Assembly: GCA_946965045.2 (NCBI GenBank) | Contig: OX337242.1 | Coordinates: forward strand, 868,001-932,000 | DNA from: Epithemia pelagica | Taxonomy: Eukaryota; Protista; Bacillariophyta | Reading direction: 5' to 3' | Length of the DNA stretch: 64,000 nucleotides | Shown here: piece after piece, positions 52,960 to 64,000 of the stretch | Position numbering within the stretch: the first letter of the stretch is position 1 | Layout: each line of letters begins with the position of its first letter | Made by a program: the position numbers and the translations under genes | The notes under the pieces: generated by a model | The model's input: only the letters and a program-made list of their open reading frames with translations | Told to the model about the DNA's origin: nothing | Database searches by the model: none

Positions 52960-55857
52960 ATGCTCACTGACAGGATTCGCATGAGCCACCTCTACGGTAG
53001 CAGGGCGTTGCTATGTCAGCACCAGCGAGCTGCGAATTGTTCGAGGAAAGATCGACTTCTCACGCCTGTCTCTCATAGTCCAACCTTTATATTGTTCCCA
53101 CCAGGGTCCTTTCGGTACTGGGAACGTATTCGGTCCATGAGGATAATCGTAAACTCAGGTGCGTCTTTGTCTTCAATAAGTCGCATGCTTAGTTTCCACG
53201 TAGGTGAGACGTTCTGAACAGAACGAGAGATGAGCTTGCGTAGAATCAAGTCCTTCAACAAGCAATCCCCTCCGGAATCTGGACGTCAAGCTCGGTGCTT
53301 TGAGATCCATGCTCTGTATAAAGAGGCGGCTCTTTTAGCCGAATGACATATCGTGCTCCAGGAAAGTTTTGTACTCCACTGTGGTATGAATCATCTAGCC
53401 AAATGTCCCCATCCATTGACTTGATCAACGCTCTCGACAGACTCAGTCCAACGCCGACGCCTTGGCTGATCTGATCTAGTCGACTTTCATATTTGTTGAA
53501 CACATTTCCTCGCTTTTCCACTGGAATCCCAGGGCCTGAGTCCTCTACATAGATTTCAACAAAGCCTTTTTTCACGACAGACCGATATCGGATGAAGCCT
53601 TCTTTTACGAATTTGGAAGCATCAACACCGAGATTTAGAAGAACCTGCTTCAGTCGCATGGCGTCCGTCAACACCACCAGATCCTCTGGGGATTCAAAGT
53701 ACACATTAAAGGAGCTGTTGCGCGTGAACAACATCCTGCAAATGGGCTCTAGAACACTTTTCGACAGCTTAGTTGGAGAAATCTTCAACTGTAAGCACTT
53801 CGAAGATGCTTGATTTATCTCCAACATGCTTTCCATGAACTCATTGACGAAAGAAAGGCTTGTGTCGATGACTTTAAGATCTTCCAACATCGATTTCTTC
53901 AATTGTGCATTTTGGCGTTAGGGTTTTGGCGTAGGTTGTTGCTAGCTTCAGCCTCGATGGAGGACCATACAAAGGAACACGCTGACATTGCGGCCGCAAG
54001 GGGATTTTGCAACTCGTGAGAAAAGAATTCATTTAGATCCTGCTCTGTTCTCGCGGCTTTCTTGGCGTTCTCCGCTGCAGTGGCCATCATCAAATGTTGA
54101 CGACGTTCCACTACAAGAGAAAAACAAACAAAGACAATAAGAGTGAAAGCAAACATGAAAGCAACAGTAGCTGTGTAGACGGCTGGATCACTTGTCCGAA
54201 ATCCCTCAGCTGTTGCATCTGAGGGATAAATGCGGAGTGTGTACCTCCCGTAGTCCCGGCTTAGAGGTACAGAAGTGTACGAGCCTTTCAATGAGAGCAG
54301 TCAACTTATTTCGTGAGACCAAAAAATGGTTGTTTTCTTGTCATTCTTTCATACAAACCATATACTAACTGACTTCGCTTGATCGAGCTTGCAGGTATGA
54401 GTTGATATTTGCGGTTTCCTCAAGGTGATCATATGCCGGGTCGTGAGGATCGTGCGTACCAATGAACTGGGCCTCCATTCCATTGACAACAAATGCGAGT
54501 GTCTGATTGTAGGAGTTTTCCAGAACGCATATATATCCAATTGCATTTGGAGGGAGCAATCGTTGGAAGAAAATTGTCCAATGAATGTTGGTTGTAAGTA
54601 CACCCCCAATGTTGGGAGTTGTTGTGGTCGCGTCAGTGAGATCCAATGAATCAAAAACAGGATGAGCGATAAAAGTAAATGGTTCATCCAGAATGTCCAC
54701 AATGTCATGGCGAAACTGAGACATGGCAAGATCCGCCTTCAACATTGATTTTCCTTCGTTGATAACTATATTGGTAGCGCGGTTCATGATCACTTGTTTC
54801 GTTTCAAGCAATTTTGGAAGAACACCCTCGGAAATAGGCATATTGGCATAATTCATATTTAAGAAGTTTTGTCGAGCGGCGCTGACGGGACTGTGGTTTG
54901 AACAAAAACATTTGCATTGCCTTTGAGGACTTGATCCCACGGAAGCATGATTCGTAAAGGATCAAAGAGAACATACCTGCTATGCCAATCTGGCAGATAC
55001 GGGCCATTTCCATCAATTTCGTCTGTATTGGATGGCCCTGCCCATATTTTAGGATGAAACCCTGTCCCATCGCGTAAAATTGTCGCTGGATTAGCCCCCC
55101 GCACAATGTTGGCATTTATTTCCGCCCGACCATAGTGCTGAGGCGTAATGTCCAAGCCAAAGCTCGCATCCTGTTGCTCCCGCAGTGCTACCTCTGCCTT
55201 GTATGCTTCGTCAATGTGAAATCGATTCTCGAAGGAATACTTTTCCCAAGCTTCACGGTCATCCTCCATAATGAGTGGCATGTAGTTCACTGAAATGGCG
55301 TCTGATTGTATCCGAAGGTCACAACCTCGAATGGCTGAATTGAATCGATGCATGAACATGATAAGCTGAATTAATGTTCCGATGATAATAAAAAACAGGT
55401 TCTACCTGAGTCACTTACCAAAATCAGGCACTGTGACAAAGGGAAACGTTTGGTTGGTAGCCAGTGCATGCGAAGTGATAGCCGTGGCCATTGCATTGAT
55501 TGCACCTAATCGTCTTTCAATTGACATATGGAAGGCTTCAATTAGTTCGTTGGCATAGATTCGATACTCTGCCTCGAACCTTGATTCTGCTTCTTTCTTG
55601 GTATATTTGTACACTCCGAAAGATAACAGTACTGCTGCAGAAACGAGAATAAACAAAACCGCCAAACGAAGGATATGAATCACATTCGCTTCGCCCTTGG
55701 CTACGACATGTGACTCCTCGCCAGTTCTGTCATTGCATTGCCCTTTCGCGATCGCAAGACCTCTGGTTTTGCTGGAACTTGTTTTTCGGCATGTTTCAAA
55801 AATGTCGGATTGGACCAGTTTCGACGGACGATCATGTTGATTTATTCCGTCCGCCAT
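52960..55857 (-). pseudogene. Decayed diatom-type hybrid sensor histidine kinase (TM-sensor-TM-HisKA-HATPase-receiver)
   Basis: Introns 55418-55335, 54976-54891 and 54369-54285 are in frame. H-box HELQNPL, N-box NLGVDASKF, VEDSGPGIP, GVGVGL. Frameshift near 53900; frameshifts and stops in the receiver region (53255-52960). Confidence 0.8.
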
Positions 55858-57613
55858 TTGCTTACCACACCAATCTTTGGCTTTCCTTATACTGCTATTT
55901 CAGTCTAGGCGCTTGCTGAATGGATGGTCTCTTCCGATAGATGCTTTATGGATTCAGTGATTCCGTTTAGAATGTACAAAGGCAAAAGGATGAAGTGAAC
56001 AACGAACAGCGACTCTCTCGCATCTCGCATCTCTTTTACTCGTACCACAGACGAAATATTCCGTACGTGGTCGCTTTAGAATTAGAACGCACGCAGATTG
56101 CAGATGTCTGTGTTCTCTCTCTTCTGAGACATTATAAAGACATAAAATATATTAATAAAAAGAGTATCAACCGACATCGGAGATAGAATAAGAGCGGTAC
56201 TAACTGGTAGGTATCAATGGATACTGGATGGGAATTCAAATTTTCTGCTAGAGCCGGTGCCCAGTTTGTTGAATTCAACTAGATTTTTTATTCCTATTTC
56301 CCAAAACAAGCTTCTTGGGTATTATTATTCGTTCAATGCAATCTGGTAGCGCTTTATGATAGTTTTACTCCTCCTACTCGTGCTTCAAGTCATGTATTAG
56401 GATCGGTTCCAAGTCTATTATTTAGTACAAGGACCGTGATCGTACTCGTACTCGTATGTCATCCAATCCCCACCTGATGCCCAGTGAGCAATCCATTTTC
56501 TGATTCGTAATCCGCACACCGACTTGTAAAGAGATGAGGATGAGACGAGTGTTCAAACGAAATGACATCGCTCTCGTCCAAGGCGTCATGGATGTGCGGA
56601 AAAAAGCAAATCCGGTTCATTTCAAAAACAGAAACAATTCGTTATCATCGTCGCAAGAAAATTTCAAAGACAAAGAAGATGGTGTTGTGAGATTCACACA
56701 TTTCGATGAGAAAATTAAAATAATTGGTACTTTTAGTGCTACCGAGCGACACCGTCAGGTCATCAACTCCGTCGAGAACGACTCAAGAATGCTGATGTCG
56801 GGGACCCTTTTCGCAAGCATGCCAAATACGTATACATGTGGACATACGGAAGTCCAACCGATCTCACTGATCATTGGATATGACAGTCCTCGGTAGATGC
56901 AACCCGCAAACGACTCTCAATCCAGGAGCTGTCAACATGGTACCGTTGGAGTTCTTTCCAGGCAGGGAGGGACAGGGGAAAGTTCATCGATCCACAATCT
57001 ATTTGCAGGTGGAGCAAGTCAACTAATTTATCCGTTTCGTTTCCTGTGGAGCCATTTTTCGAATGGGGCAACTGTCCTGAACCACGGGACCAAATTCCTT
57101 GTTTAGATTAGGAGTGGAAAGAGATTTTTGTCGAATAGACCATAGACAACGAAAAAATGTGTGACAATCCAGCGCGAATGGATGGAGTCCGCTTGATTCC
57201 AAGATAGAATATTCGTAGATGGACGATGAAATTTGCTAGCAAGTCGTGGCGATTGTCCCCCGCCATTTCCCTGCGAGACTCGTTGTCCCCCAAAAAATCG
57301 GCCCGCGCGTGTAGGCTTAATTGATGTTGCCTTAAATTTTTCAGTTGGTCTTTTCTGGAGAACACATAACGGACACATTCATACGCCCGACCCGAAAATG
57401 AAATAATTGCCAGTTCCTAACTTTCTCTGAAATCTGAAATGTGAACACTTTCGTATCTCCTTCATTTTTGTTGGTTGTCCCACTCCTCTCTCCGTTCTAT
57501 TGCATGGCTGAAAACGGACCGTAAAGCCAGATAAAGTTCCCGCGGTGAGCTTACGATTCTATTTCAGAAGAAAAGAGCTGTTTGCAAGCTCAAGAGATTG
57601 AATCTAAGCCACC

Positions 57614-58999
57614 ATGCCTCATTTCGAAGACGCTTCGAGCATCCCGTCTCCCTCATTTTCGGACAAGTTCGACGTGCCGAGAAAACCCATGATAAGGCCA
57701 TCTCATGACCTGGAGACAGCCGCAAGACTGTCTCAAACTACGTTGGCTCTTGGTAGAGCGAGATCACGAACTCAAGAAACGCATCTCCTTGACTTGGACG
57801 ACACAAGCAGCAGCGATGATTCAACCAATCATATCCATTTCCGCGGCGACAAAGATGTTATCGAAAACGATTTTGATGACAAGACAAACTCAACTGCCAG
57901 TGCAGACAAGACGTATCAGCATCAGCAAAGTCTATTTTCGAGGCTGTTGCAAACACCCAAAACTCCTCAACATGGTTCATTGGTGCAACGCATTGACAGT
58001 GACAATGAGGAGTGCGAAAGCTTAGTTGAATCGAATGTTCGAAAGCCTAATGGTTTCAGATCTAATGGTAGTGCTGAGCTTCATGTTTCACACCCTGTGA
58101 CTCATCTGGAAGCAGCAGAAGTGGCAATATCCTTGCCTCAACCGCAACGTCGACCTCCTTCCCATCGGCAAGTACAAGCACCGGCACAGTTGCTTCCGAG
58201 CGTTCAAAACTATACACCGGTTGGGAGTGTCGGTGGAGCCTTTACTCGGTACCATCCCAGTGTAGAAGGCACTCCTCGCGAATTCTCCTTTACGACAGTG
58301 AATGTGCAGACGAGAGAAGCAGTGCAGTTTCCTCGACGCTCACAAGAGGCCTGCCACGCACAAAGCTTGGACCGTGGCGATTCTGTAGAAGAAGGCAATA
58401 CGACATTGTCGGATCATGCATTGGAGGACGACGGATCCTCCTTTATCATGTCTCTTCCGAAAATGAGTGCTATTGCAGCAGCATCCGCTGCTTGCCAGCA
58501 CAACAGTAACCGTATTAAAAGTGGAAAGAAGGCAGCAGGAAGCGTTCGTACCGGGACGGAAACCTCCTCCGGTAGCGGCGGCGACGACATCTCTCTACAA
58601 ACTAGTGCTCGTCCACCAAGCTCTTTGACAAGTCCCTTTTCGGTGGACATGGCTCCGCCCCGTCGGTGTGGGTACCGTGCGACACAATGGTTCCACAACA
58701 GAATACCTCAATGGTTCCGCAAGGCACCTGTTTCCATTCAAGTAATCATTGTCTTTGGCTTCGTCATGCTGTTCCTGGTTGTCGCTGTGATCATAGTTTC
58801 TATACTTAAAGCGGCGAATGAAAACCAAGAGGAGGGCTTAAGGCTTGGAGGTCACCACACTGTGACCATTACCGATGACGAAGTGTTTCAAGAAACGCTG
58901 GCCCAGTGGGCGGACACAGCAGTCGACGTCGACGACGAACCAGACAGCGACCTTGGGGCTCAACGCTCGCTACATTTACGAAACACACCCAAGCCATAG
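57614..58999 (+). CDS. Uncharacterised disordered single-pass membrane protein
   Basis: 461-aa ORF; TM VSIQVIIVFGFVMLFLVVAVIIVSIL near the C-terminus. Confidence 0.7.
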   Translation: MPHFEDASSIPSPSFSDKFDVPRKPMIRPSHDLETAARLSQTTLALGRARSRTQETHLLDLDDTSSSDDSTNHIHFRGDKDVIENDFDDKTNSTASADKTYQHQQSLFSRLLQTPKTPQHGSLVQRIDSDNEECESLVESNVRKPNGFRSNGSAELHVSHPVTHLEAAEVAISLPQPQRRPPSHRQVQAPAQLLPSVQNYTPVGSVGGAFTRYHPSVEGTPREFSFTTVNVQTREAVQFPRRSQEACHAQSLDRGDSVEEGNTTLSDHALEDDGSSFIMSLPKMSAIAAASAACQHNSNRIKSGKKAAGSVRTGTETSSGSGGDDISLQTSARPPSSLTSPFSVDMAPPRRCGYRATQWFHNRIPQWFRKAPVSIQVIIVFGFVMLFLVVAVIIVSILKAANENQEEGLRLGGHHTVTITDDEVFQETLAQWADTAVDVDDEPDSDLGAQRSLHLRNTPKP

Positions 59000-59250
59000 C
59001 TATTACCAAAATTAATCTCTACATAGCATTTCTGCATGTACAACTGCCACAAATCTTTCACGACGTCATGTTTTGTCTTCATGGTATTGAACGCTAATAT
59101 TCAATTGGATGGCACGAAAAAGGCTTCAGCGCCATAGGACTTCTTCCATGACGAGAAGGAGGTCAGTCTTTACTTACGATCCAGTATTTTATGTTCGCTG
59201 ACAGAACATGGATTCTACCAGAGTCCTTTTGTTGATGTGTGGAGCTTTCA

Positions 59251-60672
59251 TCAGAACTCTACCCCGACAAAAACGAGGCATTCGGGTGGTGCCGCGTGAG
59301 CGCACAGGGAGCGATTTTTGGCCTCTACGATACTCAATAGGGAATCATCAGGTTCCGTAAACTCACTGAGAGTGTCTCGAGGGTCGCTCATGTATTCAGT
59401 TGGACAAGTGAAATTGTTCAATAATGTTCCATACGAGGGTGAGACAACAACATGCCTTAGAGCAGTGGCCACAAGAATGCGTATCTGACGCCGAAGAAAT
59501 CGATTGGCGGTTAATTCCACCACCAGCACATGGGAGGAAAGTCTTTCGGAACCATGATCGCATTGATGCAGTCTTCCCACAACCGCACGTAAATGAGAAA
59601 AGACACACAAAGTGTTCTCGGTTTTTACCTTGCCGTGACTCATGCCAACAAAATCAAGGGGTTTGGAAACAAGTGGCTCAAACAATCGGTTCAGAAGGTA
59701 CGCGAGTGCGTGCAACCGTGCCAAAGACGTAGCAAGGACGGAAGAGTGGCTGTTGTGGATAAAATGTGTCGTCTCATTTTTGTTTGTAGTGATGTTTTCT
59801 CTGTATGCTAATAGTTGCTTGTCTGCCAGAGGGTTCATCATGGTAGATGCGTCCAAAATGTACGCGTAGGAACGGCTCTTGGCATCGAACGTTGGGTGGA
59901 AGTGGTTGGGCTGGGGGACAACTCTCCAGCATTTCCATGCACGAGACTTTGGGTCTGACGAAGTAGCAGCGCTGGAGAGCTGAGATTGAATCATTTGAGC
60001 CGTCATGTTGGTACCTGTTCGTACACATGCTACCTGACCAAATGCATGGACTCCCGCGTCCGTGCGACCAGCAACTCGCACATTTCGACCACCCAGAGAC
60101 TTTTCCACAATGTCTTGTACTGCTGGAAGAGACGTCTTTGCTTTTCCTTGGCTTTGCCAGCCACAGAAGGACGGACCTCGATACGCCAAATCCATTCGAA
60201 AGGTCCTCGTTTTCCGGGGCGGATGAGGAGAATCTGTTGTAGGTTCCAGCACAGGAGGAAATAATTCCCCTTGATAAAACCTAGAAAAAATTACAGGAGA
60301 GAAACTTTTGCGAGAGGTATGCTTGGTCCAGAAGTCCGCTTCCACAAGTTGGATCAGAGGATGTCGCTCAATGCGAGACGAATCGTCTGAATCGAGTACA
60401 AGGTTCAGAACGTGATCAGCCGCACGGAGCGGACGATTCCGTTTCCAAAATTGATCCAAAAGTCCACGAGGATGATCATGCGCATGGCTTTCTTCTTCCT
60501 GATCATGCTTGTCATTAGATTGGCTTCGACATGAACTGAACCTTTGACCGCAACGTGCTCGCTTTTCTCCATGGTCGCGCTCTTGATCCACAATCACACT
60601 GCTGGATATAACTCTACATAGAGGAGTAGATCGTAGCACAAAGGCTACCAGGAATACGGCTGGAGCGAACAT
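59251..60672 (-). CDS. truA: tRNA pseudouridine synthase, TruA/Pus1 family
   Basis: DLAYRGPSFCGWQ, VQDIVE, AGRTDAGVHA (catalytic Asp), FLRRQIRILV and APPECL; hydrophobic N-terminal presequence suggests organellar targeting. Confidence 0.9.
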   Translation of the reverse strand: MFAPAVFLVAFVLRSTPLCRVISSSVIVDQERDHGEKRARCGQRFSSCRSQSNDKHDQEEESHAHDHPRGLLDQFWKRNRPLRAADHVLNLVLDSDDSSRIERHPLIQLVEADFWTKHTSRKSFSPVIFSRFYQGELFPPVLEPTTDSPHPPRKTRTFRMDLAYRGPSFCGWQSQGKAKTSLPAVQDIVEKSLGGRNVRVAGRTDAGVHAFGQVACVRTGTNMTAQMIQSQLSSAATSSDPKSRAWKCWRVVPQPNHFHPTFDAKSRSYAYILDASTMMNPLADKQLLAYRENITTNKNETTHFIHNSHSSVLATSLARLHALAYLLNRLFEPLVSKPLDFVGMSHGKVKTENTLCVFSHLRAVVGRLHQCDHGSERLSSHVLVVELTANRFLRRQIRILVATALRHVVVSPSYGTLLNNFTCPTEYMSDPRDTLSEFTEPDDSLLSIVEAKNRSLCAHAAPPECLVFVGVEF

Positions 60673-61189
60673 TCATCGCCATTCACCATGTACTCATAGT
60701 TTGAAGTAGGAGACAGGGTTTGACGAAGCGAAGATGTGAGGGCGAATTCAAAACACAGAGGTACAGATCCCAGTGTCTCAAAATTTTAGATAATACCTGA
60801 ATTAGTGTAGGGTCACGAGATCTCGCGTAAGTATTTAAGCACTTAGACAGGATGTCGTGAGAAACAAAACTCCCTCGCTGTTTGTAGTTTCCCTTGTAGA
60901 TAAGTTTTTGTAGAGACAACGACGGCAGTTCTCATGGGACTCGCTTAGCAGTATTTCAACGGACGTACAGATTTATGCCCCAAAATTTATCGTCAAGCCG
61001 GGCGGCTCTTCCATTAGGAGTCGGAAGTAATTTTTCGAGATCGGCCTCTCCGTTCAGGCTCCCGGGAAACCGCTGGAATCATCGGTTGGTGGGCTGGTGG
61101 TCGTGTGACTTCCTCCTTTCGCGTCTCCAGGTGTCTTCCAATCGACAAGGTCGTACTCCAACAACAAACGGGGCATCTCATACAGAAAA

Positions 61190-61960
61190 ATGCAGACAAA
61201 ACATAGACCTCAATCTCGAACGGCGACGGTTGCACATAACGTTCAGGGACGCTTCCCTGGTGGCGAACTGAGTGTTATCAGTGAAGGAAGCTATCGGACT
61301 TCTCAAGACGGTGAAAGCAGTATTTATACCTCTTCTCATGCCCATAGTCGCAACGGAACTTTTGATGAAGACGACTCGGCCCAATCAGTTGATCATATCC
61401 GAGGAGCGCAGTTGGCCTTTTCGTTCGACCAATCTGAAGGTACCAACTTTGATCTTACCGGAAAATCCAATGAAGAAGCAGGAATCTTCCGCAATCATGA
61501 TGACGGTCAAAACGGAAAACTGACGACTGCTTCCATTGCTTCCAATGGATCACAAATTCTGGGTTTCACGTCAGGAGACTTGGATGAAGATGACTTGGTT
61601 GACGCAGCGCTAGCTACAAAACCAAAAATAGACGGTGAAAAACCTATGCAAATATTGAAGCTTCCCAGCACTCGCCACAAATCGACCACTGCGTCATCGT
61701 CGAAACAAGTTCAATCTTTCAAATATTGGATGAAGGTGATACCAATGTGGCTGAAATTTGCAGTTGTGTCTTGTCTTTTGTTGGTTGTTGGTGCCATAAC
61801 GATTGGAATTGCAGCTGCCCTGAGCGATTCAAAATCCACGAGTTCAAATTCACAGTCTTCCTTTACTCAGACAAGGGACGACTTTCTCACGTTGCAAAAG
61901 ACTCCAAGCCCGTCGTTACGACTTTCGTCTTCACCAACTGTCGCCCCCTCGACGGAGTAA
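61190..61960 (+). CDS. Uncharacterised single-pass membrane protein
   Basis: 256-aa ORF; TM WLKFAVVSCLLLVVGAITIGIAAAL followed by an S/T/P-rich segment. Confidence 0.6.
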   Translation: MQTKHRPQSRTATVAHNVQGRFPGGELSVISEGSYRTSQDGESSIYTSSHAHSRNGTFDEDDSAQSVDHIRGAQLAFSFDQSEGTNFDLTGKSNEEAGIFRNHDDGQNGKLTTASIASNGSQILGFTSGDLDEDDLVDAALATKPKIDGEKPMQILKLPSTRHKSTTASSSKQVQSFKYWMKVIPMWLKFAVVSCLLLVVGAITIGIAAALSDSKSTSSNSQSSFTQTRDDFLTLQKTPSPSLRLSSSPTVAPSTE

Positions 61961-62925
61961 AAAAAGACGAAATTCCTGGTTCGTCTCGTGGACATTGAGG
62001 GTGAGGGTGGAGTGTCACATCGGGAAAGTGAAGCCCACAGCTAAATGTGCAGACAATAAGAGAGGGAGCAACAGCGGTCGAATCTTTCGTCTTCTGAGAT
62101 ACCGTTGAACATGATGTCCAGGAAATGTATAATGTATCGTCGATTCACCATTCTTGGGAGCTGTTGAACCATCAGTTTATAGGAGTACTCCTAGTGCAGA
62201 TTTCATGCAAATCAATTTGGTCTTAATAGGCTTTTAAAGTTTACGTATCTCATAAGCAAAATGAGCAATTCTCAGTGCATCACATCCTCTGACCCTTATT
62301 GCGACGATTTTGGATAAATGAATTGATCGTCATTATATACATTCACCTGACGAGTAGTGACCTTTCGTGTCGCAAAATAAGATGATTTCAGGTAACAAAA
62401 GAAACACATATTCCAATCTATAAAGCAAGTCTTGATCATGTTTCCTGATACGGATGATGGATGCGTTTTCCTTTTTCGTTCAGTTCCGAACTTGGCGATG
62501 AATTTGCCGTTTGGCTCAAGATCTAAGGAATCTTTGCTCCCGATTTGCGTACACCACCAAGGACATTTCTGCTATTGATCTCAAGCGCCGACAACCAGAT
62601 GAGGCTCATAAGACACCCAGAACCAGAATCCAGATCTCCAACGCCATTGGCGGGTGTGTTGGACTATAATACTCGTAGTAACTCGTAATCCCATCGTACG
62701 AAAGATTCAGATGATTCTTCGGCGTCGCTCGTGTAAGTGACAAAAGAACCCCGATGACTTCGCGCGCGTCGACCTACAGAACTCACTCCGATACTTCCAT
62801 GCACACAAAGTTGTCCAAAAACTTTTGTTGCCGTCAGACAAAAATCCGGGGTCCGTTCTCGCTTTATGCTTTCGTCAATAGAAGGATGTAAGGAGTACAG
62901 TTTTCTTTAGCGCTTCTCTTACGAA

Positions 62926-63366
62926 GTGGAGTTTTATTTTCAACGAACTCGAACAATGGGATTGAGAAACTTTAGTTTTGCTGCGAGTTCGAAGCGACCT
63001 CACCTGCAAGACGCTTCGTATTTGGCAGACGATGGGGCCGTGAGCGTTTCTTCACTAGCCAGTGAAAGCGTGTATACATCAACAGTGGAAACAGTTTTCA
63101 ATGAGGAGCAAGTTCACAAATCTTTTACAAGCTTAGTTTGTTCTGATGGAAAGGTGTGCGAAGCCAACAAGAAAGACGAGTCATTCGCTGACGAATATTC
63201 AATTGAACATATTCTTGGCACACACCCTGCCCTTAGCCCACCTCTTGCTATCGATTCGAACGATGGCGCAGTAATCAAAGAAGGTAAAGAAGACCATAGT
63301 CCAGAGGCAGAATGCGAGAACGACACAGACACGAACAGTTCTGTTAGGATTCTCACCTTTAACTAG
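62926..63366 (+). CDS. Possible exon or short uncharacterised ORF
   Basis: Acidic, protein-like ORF; a splice acceptor near 62910 and a possible upstream mini-exon near 62711 are unverified. Confidence 0.3.
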   Translation: MEFYFQRTRTMGLRNFSFAASSKRPHLQDASYLADDGAVSVSSLASESVYTSTVETVFNEEQVHKSFTSLVCSDGKVCEANKKDESFADEYSIEHILGTHPALSPPLAIDSNDGAVIKEGKEDHSPEAECENDTDTNSSVRILTFN

Positions 63367-64000
63367 GTGGTGGTGGAATCTACAACACATCGACTGATGC
63401 TAGTATTTTATGGCATCCGATGACATTTGTGTAAAAGTGAGAAAAGAATGACGGCATGCTCGCGGACCTATAATTTTGGCCAAGGCATGCTCGCAATGCA
63501 CGCGCTATCGGCGACCGCTCGGATATTGACTATGGCCCATCACGTGCGCGCCCAATATTCTCAAGCGCGCGCAATCACGAGCCGAGTGAGCACCTCCACG
63601 ACTTACCTCAACGACCTAAGTAATCAAAGCACGAATCACCATCACGCGAGACCATATTTCCATTCCCACAATTCCAAGAATGCAATCAACAACGCGCCAA
63701 GAAAACTACCTATATCACAACAAAGCAAGAGCTGTTGGCATTGGTATATGATATACAACTGCATATACTTTCAATACAACAATGCAGGTCTACTCCAACC
63801 ATTTGAGGACCTGTCACACCAGATCCATGGCCGTATACAAGAGCCAGGACCTCGACCTTCATCAAACACCTTAGTTAGTAATCATCTCACAATCATTAAT
63901 ATCACCATTTTAACACTCATCTTAAGACTTACCTCTTATCAGTGGACCGACTGCCCCCACCCACGGCGGACTTCGACTTGCAACTCTTCTCTGACCCGTG

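Noticed and set aside
56534-56896. 120-aa ORF between the kinase pseudogene and the 57614 gene
   Set aside because: No recognisable domain or splice support.
63420-64000. Possible terminus of another mobile element (ggcatgctcgc twice, GC-rich palindromes)
   Set aside because: No partner repeat or coding motif within the window; needs the downstream sequence.

Overview
Gene-dense eukaryotic DNA, most likely a pennate diatom. This is inferred from short 67-137 nt GT-AG introns, a DUF6824 protein, a bipartite plastid-targeting presequence and a diatom-type sensor kinase. About 18 host genes or gene-like ORFs are supportable: Elongin A-like, PAF-acetylhydrolase, UVSSA-like, gamma-SNAP, GT61, PuuE allantoinase, SLC35F, Sec10, PP2A catalytic subunit, plastid 5'-nucleotidase, DUF6824, an EGF membrane protein, TruA, several disordered single-pass membrane proteins and a decayed hybrid histidine kinase. 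Four mobile elements are present. (1) An intact 8.05-kb Ngaro-type tyrosine-recombinase retrotransposon (15425-23470, split direct repeats A1-ORFs-B1-A2-B2). (2) A 1.37-kb non-autonomous TIR element (14862-24277) into which the Ngaro element is nested. (3) A second 1.16-kb TIR relic (25454-26612). (4) An intact 3.59-kb PIF/Harbinger-type transposon (38509-42098). The best leads are: the Ngaro gag and pol ORFs are in frame and separated by a single UGA-C followed 9 nt later by a 12-bp stem, the layout of a programmed stop-codon readthrough signal; and the Harbinger element's accessory protein appears to fuse a Myb/SANT-like domain to an alpha-crystallin/HSP20-like domain, with a 20-bp palindromic array between its two divergent genes. 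All family calls come from motif recognition by eye; no database search was run.
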